In this document: one piece after another, positions 1 through 10,906 of the stretch | Layout of the letters: every line of letters starts with the position of its first letter | Position numbering within the stretch: the stretch's first letter is position 1 | From: Iphione sp. A-MEVVRFRX5 | Taxonomy: Eukaryota | Reading direction: 5' to 3' | DNA length: 64,000 nt | Assembly: GCA_976226885.1 (NCBI GenBank) | Contig: OZ320316.1 | Location: 82,770,001 to 82,834,000 of the forward strand | Notes under the pieces: model-generated | What the model was told of the DNA's origin: nothing | Seen by the model: only the letters and a program-made list of their open reading frames with translations | Database searches by the model: none | Position numbers and translations under genes: made by a program

Positions 1-3000
1 GTCCTTGGATGCTGGTGTTTGTCAATGACAGGTCTTCTACTTAAAAGGCGATTTTCCTTCTATCTCAGAACATCACATGTATCAGTTCCATACCATTGAG
101 ATTTGTCATATGGGATATTACTGTTGTCACGTATTCGTTTGTAAATTCCGATATATTGCACAGCTATAATATTGAAAAATATCCACCTTCCACCTGCTAT
201 TTATATACCCAAGGTCTTACGCCAATAGTAAATCAGCTAAAGGCATTCGAGTAATTTCGCCTGGTACATATCGTAGCTTGTATTGATTTCTGTGGCCACT
301 GTTACCGAAAGCACATATAAAGTCATTGTGACTGCTTTCGGCCGGCATTCAAGCGCAGACGGCGAGCGAATATCCATGCAGTATGTCTTTTCGAGTCTTT
401 CATCCGACAGGCCATAAGGTGGCACATAACATGACACGCCCGGCCGGCTATCTTGCTGCTGCCTAAGTTCGAGGAACAGTATCTTCCACTTCACTGACCA
501 CATGGGTGTTCTGCTTGAAGGACGCCGTTGTGATCTCTTCCACCGGTCGGCATTCTCCTTCTTCTTACTGCAGCGCCAGCGGATCCTTCACCGCCATGCC
601 AAGTGTCTGATTAACTTCAGGACTGGTGCTGATTGGGGCAGAGCCGGCACGAAACAGCTGTCTTTGATGTTGATGTGCTGGAGTAGGACGACACGTAATA
701 TGTAATTAATGAATTATACACCCGACCGTCTTTTTACTCAGACCGGTTTATTGGTCATAGCTTCCATCTGATTATTTTTTTAAAAAAGAGACATCCTGAC
801 TGTATGCTCTCCTCTTCCCTTGTGTTGTACATACTATTTCTATTCAAGTACTCCGACAAAAGAGATGAATATTTGATGATTAATTAGAACAACCCAAACT
901 CAACCCTTTCTGTTATACGGCAGCAGTGCTGACATCTTGAAATGTTGATTTCTTACAATAAAAATGGGGAAATCTGTATCTGTTTATTTTGAAGGGCCTA
1001 GTATCTTAAAGCAGTATTTTGGTGAAGGATGGACACATTAACGTTAACGATATTAATTCCGTTATTCTATTCTCGCAAAGCTCCTGGTACGATTTCTAAC
1101 AAAGATAGTAAGTGTATAAATAATTACAAAGTCGCACCTCTCCTTACTTATCGACATTATCCGTGATCGATGTAACGGACTGAATTAAGTAGTGCCTTCT
1201 CTAAAGAACCTGCCCTTCCGACATAACACACTCATTACATAAAATAAGCTTAATGGGAATTTATCATGGCTTTCCTTGACCTGTTGTCTCTGTAAGACCT
1301 TTGTTACGACGTACTGGTGATCATACATGGCCATGGTCTCTTAGGCTACCGTCTCCTCATGTATTGAAATATTTACGACCAATTTGCTTAGTAGCTCACC
1401 AGGCTTACTCCACCGGTGCTAGTGTGATGTGTGGACTTCGGAGTTGTTCTTTAACTCTTCAATAAATACTGACAGAATGAGGCATTTCCACTCGATCCAT
1501 TTGAGAAGTACATGTAGTGTGCATCGTCGATATAGTTTGATACGAATATGAAATGTTAAAGGTGAACGCAGTAAAAGGAATAAAGATATCCTAAGTAGGA
1601 GAATCCGTGAGGGTAATATTAAGCATCCCGAGTGAACACATGACAAATATCGGGGCAAACTTACGAATCTAACCCTAGTATCGTAAGCATCCGACTTCCA
1701 GGCAGTCTAGTAATAGAAAAGAAGAGCGGAACAATCTCAAATGCATGTTTTTTGTATCCTTGGTCTTATTTATGCATGGTCATGCTTGCAAGTCAGCTCA
1801 TGATGGCAGTCGTCAGCTTAGCCGGGCTTTAGTCAGAGCCACGATAACAGACTGACGATTAGTCAGGTGGCGAGCGACAATAAGAGGCTGTCAAGCGTCC
1901 TTAGTTGGTTGCGACTCAGAGGGTAATACCAAGACGCTCGCGGCTCCCTCTATCGTCACCAGCTTCACGGCACTGCAAATAGCTGTGAGAGGGTACCTCC
2001 TTCGGGAATTAAAACAGTTTCGTGACTTAGCCATTGCTGTTAATTAGAATCTACCTAGAGCTTTTTTACTTCCAAGAGGGACACCCCATACATCTCTGCA
2101 CATGGTGATTGCTCTATTTAAAACTACAGATTGAAAAGCAAAGAGAAACCGAAAGGTAATAAATGTGTGCAATATATTGCGATCTAATCCAGCTTTTACC
2201 TCGATACGTAGTATTATTCCTTTTCGAAGGAGGTCAAATGGAATTATCACTTGCATAAATCTTGGCATATCTTCCATTAGTCAGGTTTTGAAAATCATAA
2301 ATATATAGATGTATACATGTTCATATACATAATATTTTCAGAGGTGTAGCTTACTCTTTATGAATTTGTAGCTCCCGGTCATAAGGAAATAACATCACTC
2401 CCTACAAAATACACAAAAATGATTTAGCGGGGCAGTTTCGAAAAATATTGATTCTAAACAGAGATTTGTTGACGATCCAAGATTGACGGTTGCAGTGGCT
2501 GGGGCACTGTGATCCAAGATAAACAATGGATATGACCTTATCTAGCAGAGGTTATCACCACGTGTTGACTAGCATGGCAACAAGATCACCACTAACATGG
2601 TCGATGCAGACGAAGACCGCGGCCAAAAAGGATACTGTAGGACTATAAGCACTGAGTCATTCAGTTGACATGGCATATTATGGTTCTACGAACCACACTA
2701 CCGGAGAATATTAAACCACGTTGCCGTAGACGAATGTTAAAAACCAGACCATACTTGCAAATTGTCAATCATCAAGGCACTTTAAGAAAGGCTTGTTGTT
2801 GGTTTGATGGTTTACTAAGTGTCTCGAGAGCTCCATGTTAAGTTCCTTTAAGTACTCTGGCCTCCGAATTGCAGCGGACTTGCAGTCTAGATCTTCCTGT
2901 TCCGATCACTAGATCTTTCTGAGTAAACAGAGAAAATTTTTTCCGTCTACTTTAAATCAAACTGTCACGAGACTTGAAGGATCACCTCCTGGTTTCGTAT

Positions 3001-3195
3001 ATGTAGCTTCTGGTAGATTCAAAGGTTACCAAGCGAGAAATGAGAATGTGAAGAAATGCCGAGAGGATTCAAGGAGGTGTAAACGTAAAGTATGGTATGT
3101 AGGAATCACAGAAGGTGGAAGGGAGGAAGCGGAGTTGGGTTACACTCAGTGGGGTGCCTCCCGCGGGGGCTTGGCCGGACACAGCCACCGCCTGC

Positions 3196-3402
3196 TTCAG
3201 CTAGGGCGACTCCAACACTTCTGGGACGTCTTGCCCACGATATCTTTCGTCCGTTGAAGCAGAGAGCCGGAACACCTCCCCCTCCCTCCTCATCTCCCAC
3301 AGGAGGTGCACAGCTCAAAACGTATTCCATCAGTCTTTTAAACTGAGTCGCAGAAGGGTGTTTCCTATAGGACAGGTTACATCCAGGTTCTCTCACACCT
3401 TT
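3196..3402 (-). pseudogene. Degenerate non-LTR (RTE-like) RT fragment, domains 4-5
   Basis: KGVREPGCNLS...FKRLMEYVL...GV..FNGRKIS...ALAE resembles the consensus GVRQGCVLSP.LFNLYMEYIM...GVKINGRKINNLRYADD..LLAE. YADD is absent. Recognised by eye only. Confidence 0.4.
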
Positions 3403-5209
3403 TAGCTGCAATCCGCATTCATTAGATCGACGTCTCTTGGGCGGCTTAGTTAATCTGAAATAAATGACGGGAACCTTAAGAGCCAGTACATGTTCTACGT
3501 TGATATTCGGATCCTTGCAATGATATGTGAAAATCTCAACGTAGATGTATCTCGCGTGCCCAAAATAAACATGAGCACAAGGACTTTCTTCTGCTTAGTA
3601 ATTTATCAATCATGCTCACAAGAAAAAGAACAACCGTCACTTTTTTTCCAAGAAGCAAACCAACGAATGTTCCAGTAAATTAACTACAGTAAAATGGTTG
3701 GATAAGGTCTGCTCTTGGCCTTTATTGTTAGTCATCTTTGTCTTTATTAGTTTCATATTTTACACTGTAATGGTGCCTGTCATGACACTGGGCCACCAAT
3801 TTAAGAATGATGGTCTTCCATTTTCCTTCAAGCTCAATATGGTCAGTTCCTGACAAGCCTCTTCTGTCAAAAGGTCAATAGTTTGTCATTTACACGCCTT
3901 TGTGGCCAGAATAATCAACACATTGGCAGCCGGCAGTGCAGAATTTGTACCAGTCTTCGAAGCAGCGGTTCTGAAGGATACAGCGGGAATAGAAGAGGGA
4001 TTTCGCTTATGGGGCGTGCAATATTCTACATGCACGTGTGCGTACGTGTGTACTTAAACACGTTTATGTTTAAAAGGGAAAGAGACATACCGAGTCTGTG
4101 GTTTGATTGCTTAAGTGTGTGTATTTGGGCGCACGCGAGGGTCAGATGGGGGCAGTTGCTAGCCTCAAATCCAGGGCCAGGCGCTTGTGCTGTGCCACCG
4201 ATATCTGGCTGCAGGCGCTGATAGGCCGGGATAACGTCAATAGGCGTGCCTTGGGAGACTCTGACGCAAAGTCAGGAATTATGTGTCAAACTCACTCGAC
4301 CCGGCGGATTTCCTGACCTGCATCATACTGCCTTTGGCGGTAGCACCCTGGGGCAAACTTGAATACCGAACGAAATGGTCTCTTGTGCTAAAATGGCATG
4401 CCTGTACTGTCGTATGGACACGTTAAGAAAGAGCACTGAGAAGCTATAGTGCTGGGATAGCCATTGACGTGCTTATCTCCACAAAAGTAATGCATGTACA
4501 ATGCACATGTACATGCATACATCTAGTCGAAAAGGAACTGATCAATTAATGGCAGAAGTCTGAAACATAAATATTTATTTTCATATTAAGAGAACTCAGT
4601 AAATCTACCGGTATGATGGTTTCTAACGGCCTCCTCTCAAGGCATTATGCCGTAAAACAGGATGCGGTCACCTCACTAATCAGGTCACATAAACAATCCA
4701 GCCAGTTGAGGATCGTAAATATAACTATTATTATTTCCTTATACCAGCCTCTTCATCATTCCAGCCAAGAAGAGCTTCCACTGTACATCTAGTCCTGTGC
4801 TTGAGGCGGTGTCAGTGCTACCACTAAATGGAATTTCAAGAGTGTTTATGCTCATGACCAGCCCAAAACCTAGGTAGGGAGGGGGTATCTTTTTAAAAAA
4901 TGTTTTTTCTACTTTCTTTCTCTGGTTTTCAATAATAATAAAGACAATATGGAGAATTTTGACCAATTTGCAGTTTTTTGCTGAATTTCCATAGATTTTG
5001 TTGTTCTTCTACTGAATTTACCAAAACATGTACTGTGAAAACATGTATTTAATTAAATTCACCCTTGGAAAATCTTTGGGGCCACAAAGTCTTCAGGTAG
5101 GGTGAGGTTTTACTAGGTAGGAGTAGTTTACCAGAAACACACCTATTTTTTGTTTTGGCCTGAGTATTGCAATAAGAATTTCTGTTTATTTGTTTCATGG
5201 TCTCCATAT

Positions 5210-5746
5210 TGTGGGTGGTGTAGCGGCAACACCACCAAGGTTTGTACATGGTATAGTGCTGGAGGAGCCTAAGAGTGCCTGGCATTGGTGGTGCCACCAG
5301 CTAGGTGGAATGGTAATGTGCTAGGGAGCAGTAGGACTGGTGGCACCCCCAAAGTTTATGTGTTGTGATGTACTCGGTGAACCCTGAGTGTGCTATTAAA
5401 AGCCTGTAAGTAGGAAAAGTGTGCTATTTATAGCTGGTAAGTAGGGATTGTTGGTGGTGCCACCAGCCATTTAGTATAGGAGTGTGCCTCTGGGGCTAGA
5501 GGAGTGGTGATACTGCCAAGGATTATGTACTGTGGTGTACTTGGTGAACCCTTAGCATGCTATTTATAGCCTGTAAGTAGGACAAGTGTAGCAATATCAT
5601 TCCAAAAAGTGTTATCTCCTGTGTGGAGTCATCTGACTGTTGGCTGCCTATAAATAAGGGCCCTGTGTGGCAAATAAAGTGAGTCTGCACTTGGATTACA
5701 TTGTAGTTCTTGTCTCTTCAGGGAATGCTAGGGACACATACCCACA
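5210..5746 (+). mobile_element. Probable solo LTR (Gypsy/BEL-like), 537 bp
   Basis: Starts TGTGGGT and ends ACCCACA (7-bp inverted termini, TG...CA). TATAAA at 5649-5654 and AATAAA at 5673-5678 lie in the expected order, with an internal duplication in the U3 part. No matching TSD (ATAT vs TAGA). Confidence 0.55.
5285..5589 (+). repeat. About 166-bp internal tandem duplication in the LTR-like element
   Basis: TTGGTGGTGCCACCAGC occurs at 5285 and 5451. GTACTYGGTGAACCCT...AGCCTGTAAGTAGGAMAAGTGT ends at 5422 and 5589 (offset 166-167). Confidence 0.75.
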
Positions 5747-6324
5747 TAGAATTACCTTAGGGTTAGACTATTAGGGAAGCATACTGGATCATTAAATGTG
5801 GATTACTAAGCCAGGGAATTAATGGCCATAAGAGGATTCACCAAGTGGGAATAACAGCACACATACAACACTTGGAGATATAACTTTATTGAAAGGAGTA
5901 ATCTGAAGAAGCTGTGGATATTGCTTACATCTAAATTAACATTATCAACTAAAATGATATTAAGAAATGTTTTACAAATTACTTCACACCATCACAAAAA
6001 GAAGCCTTTGGCACCAATTTTCACATGTCTATCTGTTTGGGCTTAAGGCCCTGGTTTCCATATGCTTGTTGGTCTCAGGTTGCATTGCTCTCCACTGCTG
6101 TTCATATTCATAGAACAGGTTGAATCCAATGTGGGGTGTTATGTTTGTGGAAAGGTTTCCAGGTGTGTTGCTGTCTGTTACAGTACATTGTCTCATTTTA
6201 AAGACGTCCGATAATTTCATCAAAACGCTCAGTAGCATACGGCAGATGGCGTTCGTATAAAGCAAAGATACTAAAGTGAACCTATATTAGATGAACTAAA
6301 ATCATTATTTTACATTTTGCATTT

Positions 6325-6552
6325 CAAATTCACCAATTTTTGCAGGTTTTTCCTGTCAAATTAGCTGCTTTTTGTACTGTTTCATGTGGAATTCACTGGT
6401 TTTTGCTGATTTTCCCTTCAAATTTACTGATTTTCATACTTTTCCCCATCAAATTTGCCAGGTTTTGCCCCATTTCAACTCAAATTAACCACTATTCATA
6501 CTATTTCCTGTCAGATTTGTGAGTTTTTACCACTTTTCCAATCAAATTTGCC
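6325..6552 (+). repeat. Degenerate 31-bp minisatellite with CAAATT core, 7 units plus a partial eighth
   Basis: The core starts at 6325, 6357, 6388 (GGAATT), 6419, 6450, 6481, 6512 (CAGATT) and 6543. T-tracts sit at equivalent positions in each unit. Confidence 0.75.
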
Positions 6553-6869
6553 CACCCCAATACATTGTTACTGGACATCCCTGTCCAGGAGGGCCCACAA
6601 AAAAGAACCACATGGTGCTGAAGCCACAACAAAGCTGCAGGTCTCTGCAGGTTTCTTCCGATATGGAAACTGGCCTAATTGTCATGTACCTGTGTTTCTT
6701 AATTTTTTGCATTTATTACTATCAACTGGACTATGTATTTCCATGGACTATCCATGCATACTAGGTATCAGCACGGAGAATGAGATTGGAATATTCCCAT
6801 TTTTCATGTATCACGTTTTGTCAAAGAAGTACATGGGCACCAATAACATAGGAATACATAACGAATCTA

Positions 6870-7043
6870 CAGTAGAGTCTCTATTAACGACTGCATCGAT
6901 GTTCAACCATTCTTGCTATTACAACCAGTACAGCCTGGAACAAAGGTATTAATTTCTACAGTTAACAATAATCTAGACCAAATTCACCATTATGACCAGT
7001 TGAGTTTGGTCCTAAGTGTTGGTGGTAAATAGAGACTACACTG
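6870..7043. mobile_element. MITE, Tc1/mariner-pogo (Tigger-like) type, 174 bp
   Basis: TA on both sides. Left TIR CAGTAGAGTCTCTATTAACGAC vs right TIR (reverse complement) CAGTGTAGTCTCTATTTACCAC, 18/22 identical. Confidence 0.8.
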
Positions 7044-7559
7044 TAGTTTGTTGTTTTTCCGACTAAATTTATTCACAATTGCTACAGAATGTAATTCTAA
7101 ATCCTTCAGATATGTTTCCACAAATATCAAGATCCCTGGCATCTTGCATGTCTTAATAATATTATTGTCAATTCATTAATAAAAATAACAGAAAGATTAG
7201 AAAGTACCTACCAGGATGGTAGAGGATGCTGTGAATATAGTAAGAACAATGATCAACCCAATAGCAGAATATGCAATTATAGTACACACAACAACTACGT
7301 AGTGTTGAGTATGCATACAGTACAAGCTCTCTTATAAAGTTGGTTAAGAGGAAGAATTAAAGTGTATGGGCCAGAGGCACTGCACAAGGTTTTTTGTAAA
7401 TGGCATATGGAGCAAAGCTGCCATGCCAAAGTTAAAACCTAAAAAAATATATCTATCAGCAAGGTCTGTAATATCACGGTATGTCTACACAAAATAATAC
7501 TCCTACTACAGGTGAACAAAACATCAAAAATACTACAAATGTTTAGTTGAATTATGGTG

Positions 7560-7698
7560 CACATGGGGCTAAGCTGCTGTGCAAGTAGAGTAGGCACCTG
7601 GGGAAGAGCTGCGGTGCCAAAGTTTTCTATGAATACAGATGTACATGGGGCAGAGCTGCTGTACAACCAAAATGGACACCTGGGGCAGAGCTGCGGTG
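7560..7698 (+). repeat. Four copies of a ~21-bp motif (CACMTGGGGCAGAGCTGCKGT) arranged A-B-A-B with an 82-bp period
   Basis: Copies start at 7560, 7595, 7642 and 7677 (spacing 35, 47, 35). Confidence 0.75.
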
Positions 7699-8704
7699 TC
7701 TTACAATGTCTATAGTACCATAAAATCAACAGTATTTGCCTAGCACAACTACTGGTAATCATGGACTTTCATAACATTGATCTAATGAGATTTCATTGTA
7801 TTAAGACGAGTTACTGGATTTAGATACTGTTGTATACTATATTCCAGAGGAAACAAAGACGTAAAAAAAAACCCCAAAACCGTCACAAGACAAGCTATAA
7901 TTCTATACAAATCAAAGAAATATAACATTATTCCACAATGTCTATCCATTATGTTAGAAAGGTTCCCTTCCCAATACATCTGCATACATTTTCTGTGCAA
8001 TGTCCTGAACTCATTCTTCAAAACTTTGCATGTAGGTATGAATATACAGTGCTATTAAACCATCGTAAACGTGCAAGTAAAACTATCTACAAACAATTCT
8101 CTAAAACCAAACACTAAAAATCCTGTTTCCGCACACAATTGACAGGGATAAAACATTTCGTAGTATTAACATACTCATATAATTGAACAACTTTGTTCAA
8201 AATCTTGGGATTTTTGTGTACATTTCCTATATGATGAGAGACTACAGGGGAGACTAAACAACAGGGGACACCCTCAGCTCAGAGAAGGGATGTGCACCAA
8301 ATAGTATACACCTGCCCATTTGTGGTATAAACCAGAGGGTTCGCAGTATAATCCTGTTGACTTAGGTCACGCTAACACTTCTGGTTGCATGTTAGACAAT
8401 GAATATCCCTTCAATGCTCTGAGCAAAGGATTTCTGATTGCCTAATTTATACGAATTTCACTGTTTTTCATTGAAAATTACATTAATTTGCCGAATTTGG
8501 ATGATGATTCCAAATCTGAAAAATCCCAAATTTGCAAAAATTGTGTGGCAACGGCCGGTGTTCGGATTTTGGATTTTTGTCTGTATTTAAGTATCTAGCT
8601 TATGACGAATGTTTCATTAAAGCAAACTATCATAATGACAGATAATTGGCACTGTTGCTAATCTTATAATGAAGGTTACTTAGGAATAACTGGCCGAGTA
8701 TATA

Positions 8705-8856
8705 CAGTTGAGACCCTCTTGGGAGACCAATGTTGGGACTGGCCAATTTTGGTTTCCCCTCATAACCAATATAGAGGATTTTTCCTCTCCAGAAATGTTG
8801 GTCTCTGTCTTTGTTTGGTCTCTCCTCTTATCTGGTCTTAACCTGAGTCTCCACTG
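8705..8856. mobile_element. MITE, Tc1/mariner-pogo type, 152 bp
   Basis: TA on both sides. Left CAGTTGAGACCCTCTTGGGAGACCA vs right (reverse complement) CAGTGGAGACTCAGGTTAAGACCA; subterminal TGGTCT repeats. Confidence 0.7.
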
Positions 8857-10440
8857 TACGTTGTCAATCCCACCGAGTGATTATTCACCAATCGATTATG
8901 TCCTAAGAATGCCTCAGGGCAGCATCTTTGTTCCTCTCACTGCCATTATAGTGATAACCTTTCTATCAGATATTGTTCACACAGGTGGATACATCTAAGA
9001 CATTGTTGATGTTAGTGTGAATATAAGTAGCTGGGGCATGGACTACCTTAAAATTGAAACTTGTGCTCGAATAGTGGTCTGTGTGCAGATCTCATCTCAT
9101 AATGAATTCATCTAACACCAAGAATACATATTTGGTAGGATTTAATTAGAAAATAAGTTCACATGTCCATCTCAAAGTGACCTGGATGACTGGCAAAGAA
9201 TGATGAGCCATATGAAGAAGATGGTCATCGGCAAAAAATACAGAAGATTCTCCTAGCGTGACCATACCACTTGGACCGCACCCAGAATACAAACAGATTA
9301 TCAAAGAATGGAGTGTCTACCAGCAGTAGTCCTATGCACTGAAGTATCTATAATGCGACGACTGTTTTAACAGACCATCCACAGACAACCATTGGTTTGC
9401 AGGTGTGAACTGATTACAACTGGGTAGGGACACTGGCTATAGGGGATGCTTTTATCATAGCCCCCCCCCCTGCCACCAGTGTTGTCACCTGTACTTGTGA
9501 GGGTTAAAAGGGGGTTACAGGAGTAGCCCATATGCTAAAATCAATAGTTGCACCAACTGACTTCAAAGCATTTGCACATCTGCACCATGCTACAACGTTA
9601 CAGGTAACATGATTAGAAGAGATATGTATGCAATATACAGTGTATATATGAACGATAATTGCCTAATACGTTTTGTATGTGTCAACATTTCAGCAATAAA
9701 GGCTGTCAAATAACTTCATTATATTTTAAGTGTAACTGAGTTTTCCTAAAAATTGCCATGGCATACATGTGTGCTTGATATCGGCAGTTGAGTCCAGCAA
9801 AATGGTGTAAAGATTCAGCTGTCGGAGACATAAGCCATCACTACACCTAGTGGATAGACCATATGGCCTTGATATACTTATGTTACAACAATTGCTTCGG
9901 AGTCATAACTTGGAAATTCAATGTCTCAAATACTGGTATTTTCTGCAACCTTAGTATATCTTTAAAACATAAAAACCTTCTGCAGTCACATAATTCTTAT
10001 AACATCCTCAGGTTCACTGCTCAAATAGAGCCCTTAGCAAGTAGTAGATATTAACCCCTAAGGCGTGGCTACAGGACTTATCAAAAGGGCATGATTTCTC
10101 CACCTATGTAAAATCTTTTCATAACCCATATCTAACTGAATTAACTGTGACTGGTCAGCTTCGATAGGTATCTCTCAGCAGTGGACATCCCATAGACAAA
10201 AATAGAAAACTTTACACTCTGTACTTTAACTCAAAGCAAAGGTATACCTTTCAGTAAAAGAGTTTTGAAATGTAGTAATCTTTCCTCAAGTGCTATCCCG
10301 ATGTACACAGGTTATCTGTCCACCACAAGTGGCATGGTCCAGGCTGTCTACACCTCCCCGCCATTGGTGGCAGGGCTTATCCCCATATTCATGGGTTAAC
10401 TGCACTGTCTTCCTGATGTGTGTGTATATGTGTGTGTATG

Positions 10441-10620
10441 TGTGCAAATCTCATCAAATTCCTGTCAAATTTGCTTAAGTAATGTGTTTTGTGTGCAGAT
10501 CTCATCAAATTCCTGTCAAATTTGTGTAAATAATGTGTTTTTTGTGTGGATCTCACTGAATTCCTGCCAAATTTGTGTAAATTATGTGTTTTTTGGTGCA
10601 GATCTCATTGAATTGCTGTC
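10441..10620 (+). repeat. 51-52-bp tandem repeat, about 3.5 copies
   Basis: TCTCAT/TCTCAC starts at 10449, 10500, 10551 and 10603. The unit is ATCTCATCAAATTCCTGTCAAATTTGTGTAAATAATGTGTTTTTTGTGTGCAG-like. Confidence 0.85.
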
Positions 10621-10650
10621 TATTCTATTCTGTTCTATTCTACTCTATTC
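10621..10650 (+). repeat. Imperfect (TATTC)n microsatellite
   Basis: TATTCTATTCTGTTCTATTCTACTCTATTC directly follows the 51-bp array. Confidence 0.7.
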
Positions 10651-10853
10651 TCAGCCCACAAGAGGTAGCAGGGTCCAGGTGGACTGGACCATAAGCGATC
10701 AGCCCGCACATGTCAGGTGGTGGGTTTGGGTTGTCCAGACACATGGGGATAATTGTATTTTAATAGCCTCATCTAGTTGTCCCGCTTTCCAAGCCACTAG
10801 TGGCAGGTCTGGAAGGTGTGTGTACATGGGGATGGTACTTTAGAGTATTAATA

Positions 10854-10906
10854 CAGTCAGTCCTTATTTATCCAGACCTCAGTATCTGGAACATTTCATT
10901 ATCTGG
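10854..10906 (+). mobile_element. Orphan left end of a pogo/Tigger-like element
   Basis: TA|CAGTCAGTCCTTATTTATCCAGAC followed by TATCTGGA and TTATCTGG subterminal motifs. No convincing right TIR was found. Confidence 0.45.

Noticed and set aside
10051-10399. TTAA|CCC ... GGG|TTAA piggyBac-like MITE
   Set aside because: The inverted match does not extend convincingly beyond 3-5 bp.
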